NCBI RefSeq assembly: GCF_018977255.1
Contig: NW_024704743.1
Location: 40,736,001 to 40,800,000 of the forward strand
DNA: 64,000 nt
Source of the DNA: Callorhinchus milii
Lineage: Eukaryota
Reading direction: 5' to 3'
The position numbers and the translations under genes were made by a program. Within the stretch, counting starts at the first letter, position 1. Each line of letters begins with the position of its first letter. The notes below the pieces were generated by a model that was given only the letters and a program-made list of their open reading frames with translations, searched no databases and had not been told where the DNA came from. Shown one piece after another: positions 62,695-64,000 of this stretch.

Positions 62695-64000
62695 TACAAT
62701 AACAATATCAACATTACATTTGTATAGCGAATTTTACGTTGGGATAATGTCCCAAGACACTGGACAGTCAGTGTTTCGGACCCGAGCTGGGAGTTGGGAT
62801 TGGGGAGAGTGGAGGCCAGGGTGGGAAGCACGGTGACTGAAAGCATGGTTGAAGAGGAGGGTGTTGAGATGTATCTTGAAGGAGGCAAGGGAGGGAGCGA
62901 GGCGGGGGGACTCCGGGATGAATTTCCAGAGGGTGGAGCAGAGTGGCAGAAGGCCCATCCTGCAATGGTGGGGCTTGCGAGGTGGGAGACGTGAAGCAAG
63001 CTGGAGGGCAGAATGGTAGGAGGTTAGGAGGTCGCAGAGGTAGGGGGAAGCAAGGCCATGGAGGAGTTTGAAGGTGAGGTCCAGGATCTTGAACTGTATC
63101 CTCTGAGTAATGGAAGCCAGTGGAGTTGGGCGAGGATGGGATTGATAGGGTCAAGGAGTCTGGTGCAGGAGAGGACACTGGCTGCAGAGTTCTGGATGAT
63201 CTGCAGCCTATAAAGGGAGGAGTTAGGAGCCTGACAAGCAAGGAGTTTGCATAATCAAGCCTCGATGTTATGAGGGTTTCAGCGGCCTGTGATGTGAGAC
63301 ACTGGCGGAGCTGGATGATGGTGCATTGGTGGGGGATAGCAGAGCGGGTCATGGCACAGATGTGGGGTAGAAAAGGTACTTGAGGGTCAAACAAGACGCA
63401 AGTTTCTCGACGGGCTTAGTAAGGTGGAGTGTGCACCCATGGATGGTGATGCTGTCAGCACCTGAGGTGAGAAGGCGCTGATGGGAGCCAATCAGGAGAG
63501 CCTTAGTGTTGTTGATGTTAAACTGTAGAAAGTTAGCTCTCATCCAGGACTTTTCTCTTTGACTGTGCCTTCAGCTCCCCTCTCGACTCTCTACCCACTC
63601 CTCGCTCCCACCCTTCCCTCCCCTCACCCTGACCATTTCCCCCCTGCTCGGGTCCTGACCCAACTGTACAGCGCCTTGGGATGTCCTCCCGACGTGAAAG
63701 GCGCTCAATAAATGGAATCTTGTTGTTGTTGTTGTTATTGATGTCTGACAGACATTCTGTCAGGACAGCAGTGGTCCTGGAGTCAAGGGTGGAGGCAGTG
63801 AGGTACAGTTGGGTGTCATCTGCATACATGTAGAAGTTGACCCAATGATTGTGCATTATGTCACCAAGAGGGAGCATATAGATGTTGAAGAGGAGGGGAT
63901 CCAGGACAGAACCCTGAGTAACACTGCATGAGACGGTGCGGGGGCTAAAGGAGAAACTGTTTGTGGAGATGAAATAGAGGTGGTGTGAGAGGTACCATCT
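62695..64000 (-). mobile_element. L2 LINE (RT C-half to 3' tail), runs off the window end
   Basis: [30 protein letters not shown]. Confidence 0.93.
63551..63737 (+). mobile_element. Young L2 3' end inserted antisense into the older L2
   Basis: Interrupts catccaggac|ttgatgtctgac; (ttg)n tail; same family as 17847-18395. Confidence 0.9.

Overview
This is AT-rich, repeat-dense vertebrate genomic DNA. The repeat content (CR1 and L2 LINEs, Deu-domain SINEs, a young tRNA-Ala-headed SINE with an L2 tail) points to a cartilaginous fish, probably a holocephalan; this is inference. I could not recognise a host protein-coding exon, and the recognisable ORFs in the track are LINE/SINE or other transposon fragments. 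Translating across stops and frameshifts by eye reveals an older, decayed layer. (1) A colinear class I (epsilon/gamma-like) endogenous retrovirus skeleton on + at about 14.3-22.2 kb: splice donor, gag MA/CA/NC, PR, RT, RNase H, IN and env TM. It is split by many later insertions, including a Deu-SINE. (2) A minus-strand gag-PR-RT relic of a Gypsy- or loki/spuma-like element at 1-4.8 kb. (3) A Gypsy gag-pro relic at about 39 kb. (4) PIF/Harbinger transposase and Myb/SANT relics plus hairpin MITEs. Also present are a clean 858-bp solo LTR with 39-bp repeats, an L2 split into two oppositely oriented halves (probable ~5.5-kb inversion), and several enhancer-like non-coding blocks. The decayed-protein calls rest on remembered family motifs, and their coordinates are approximate.
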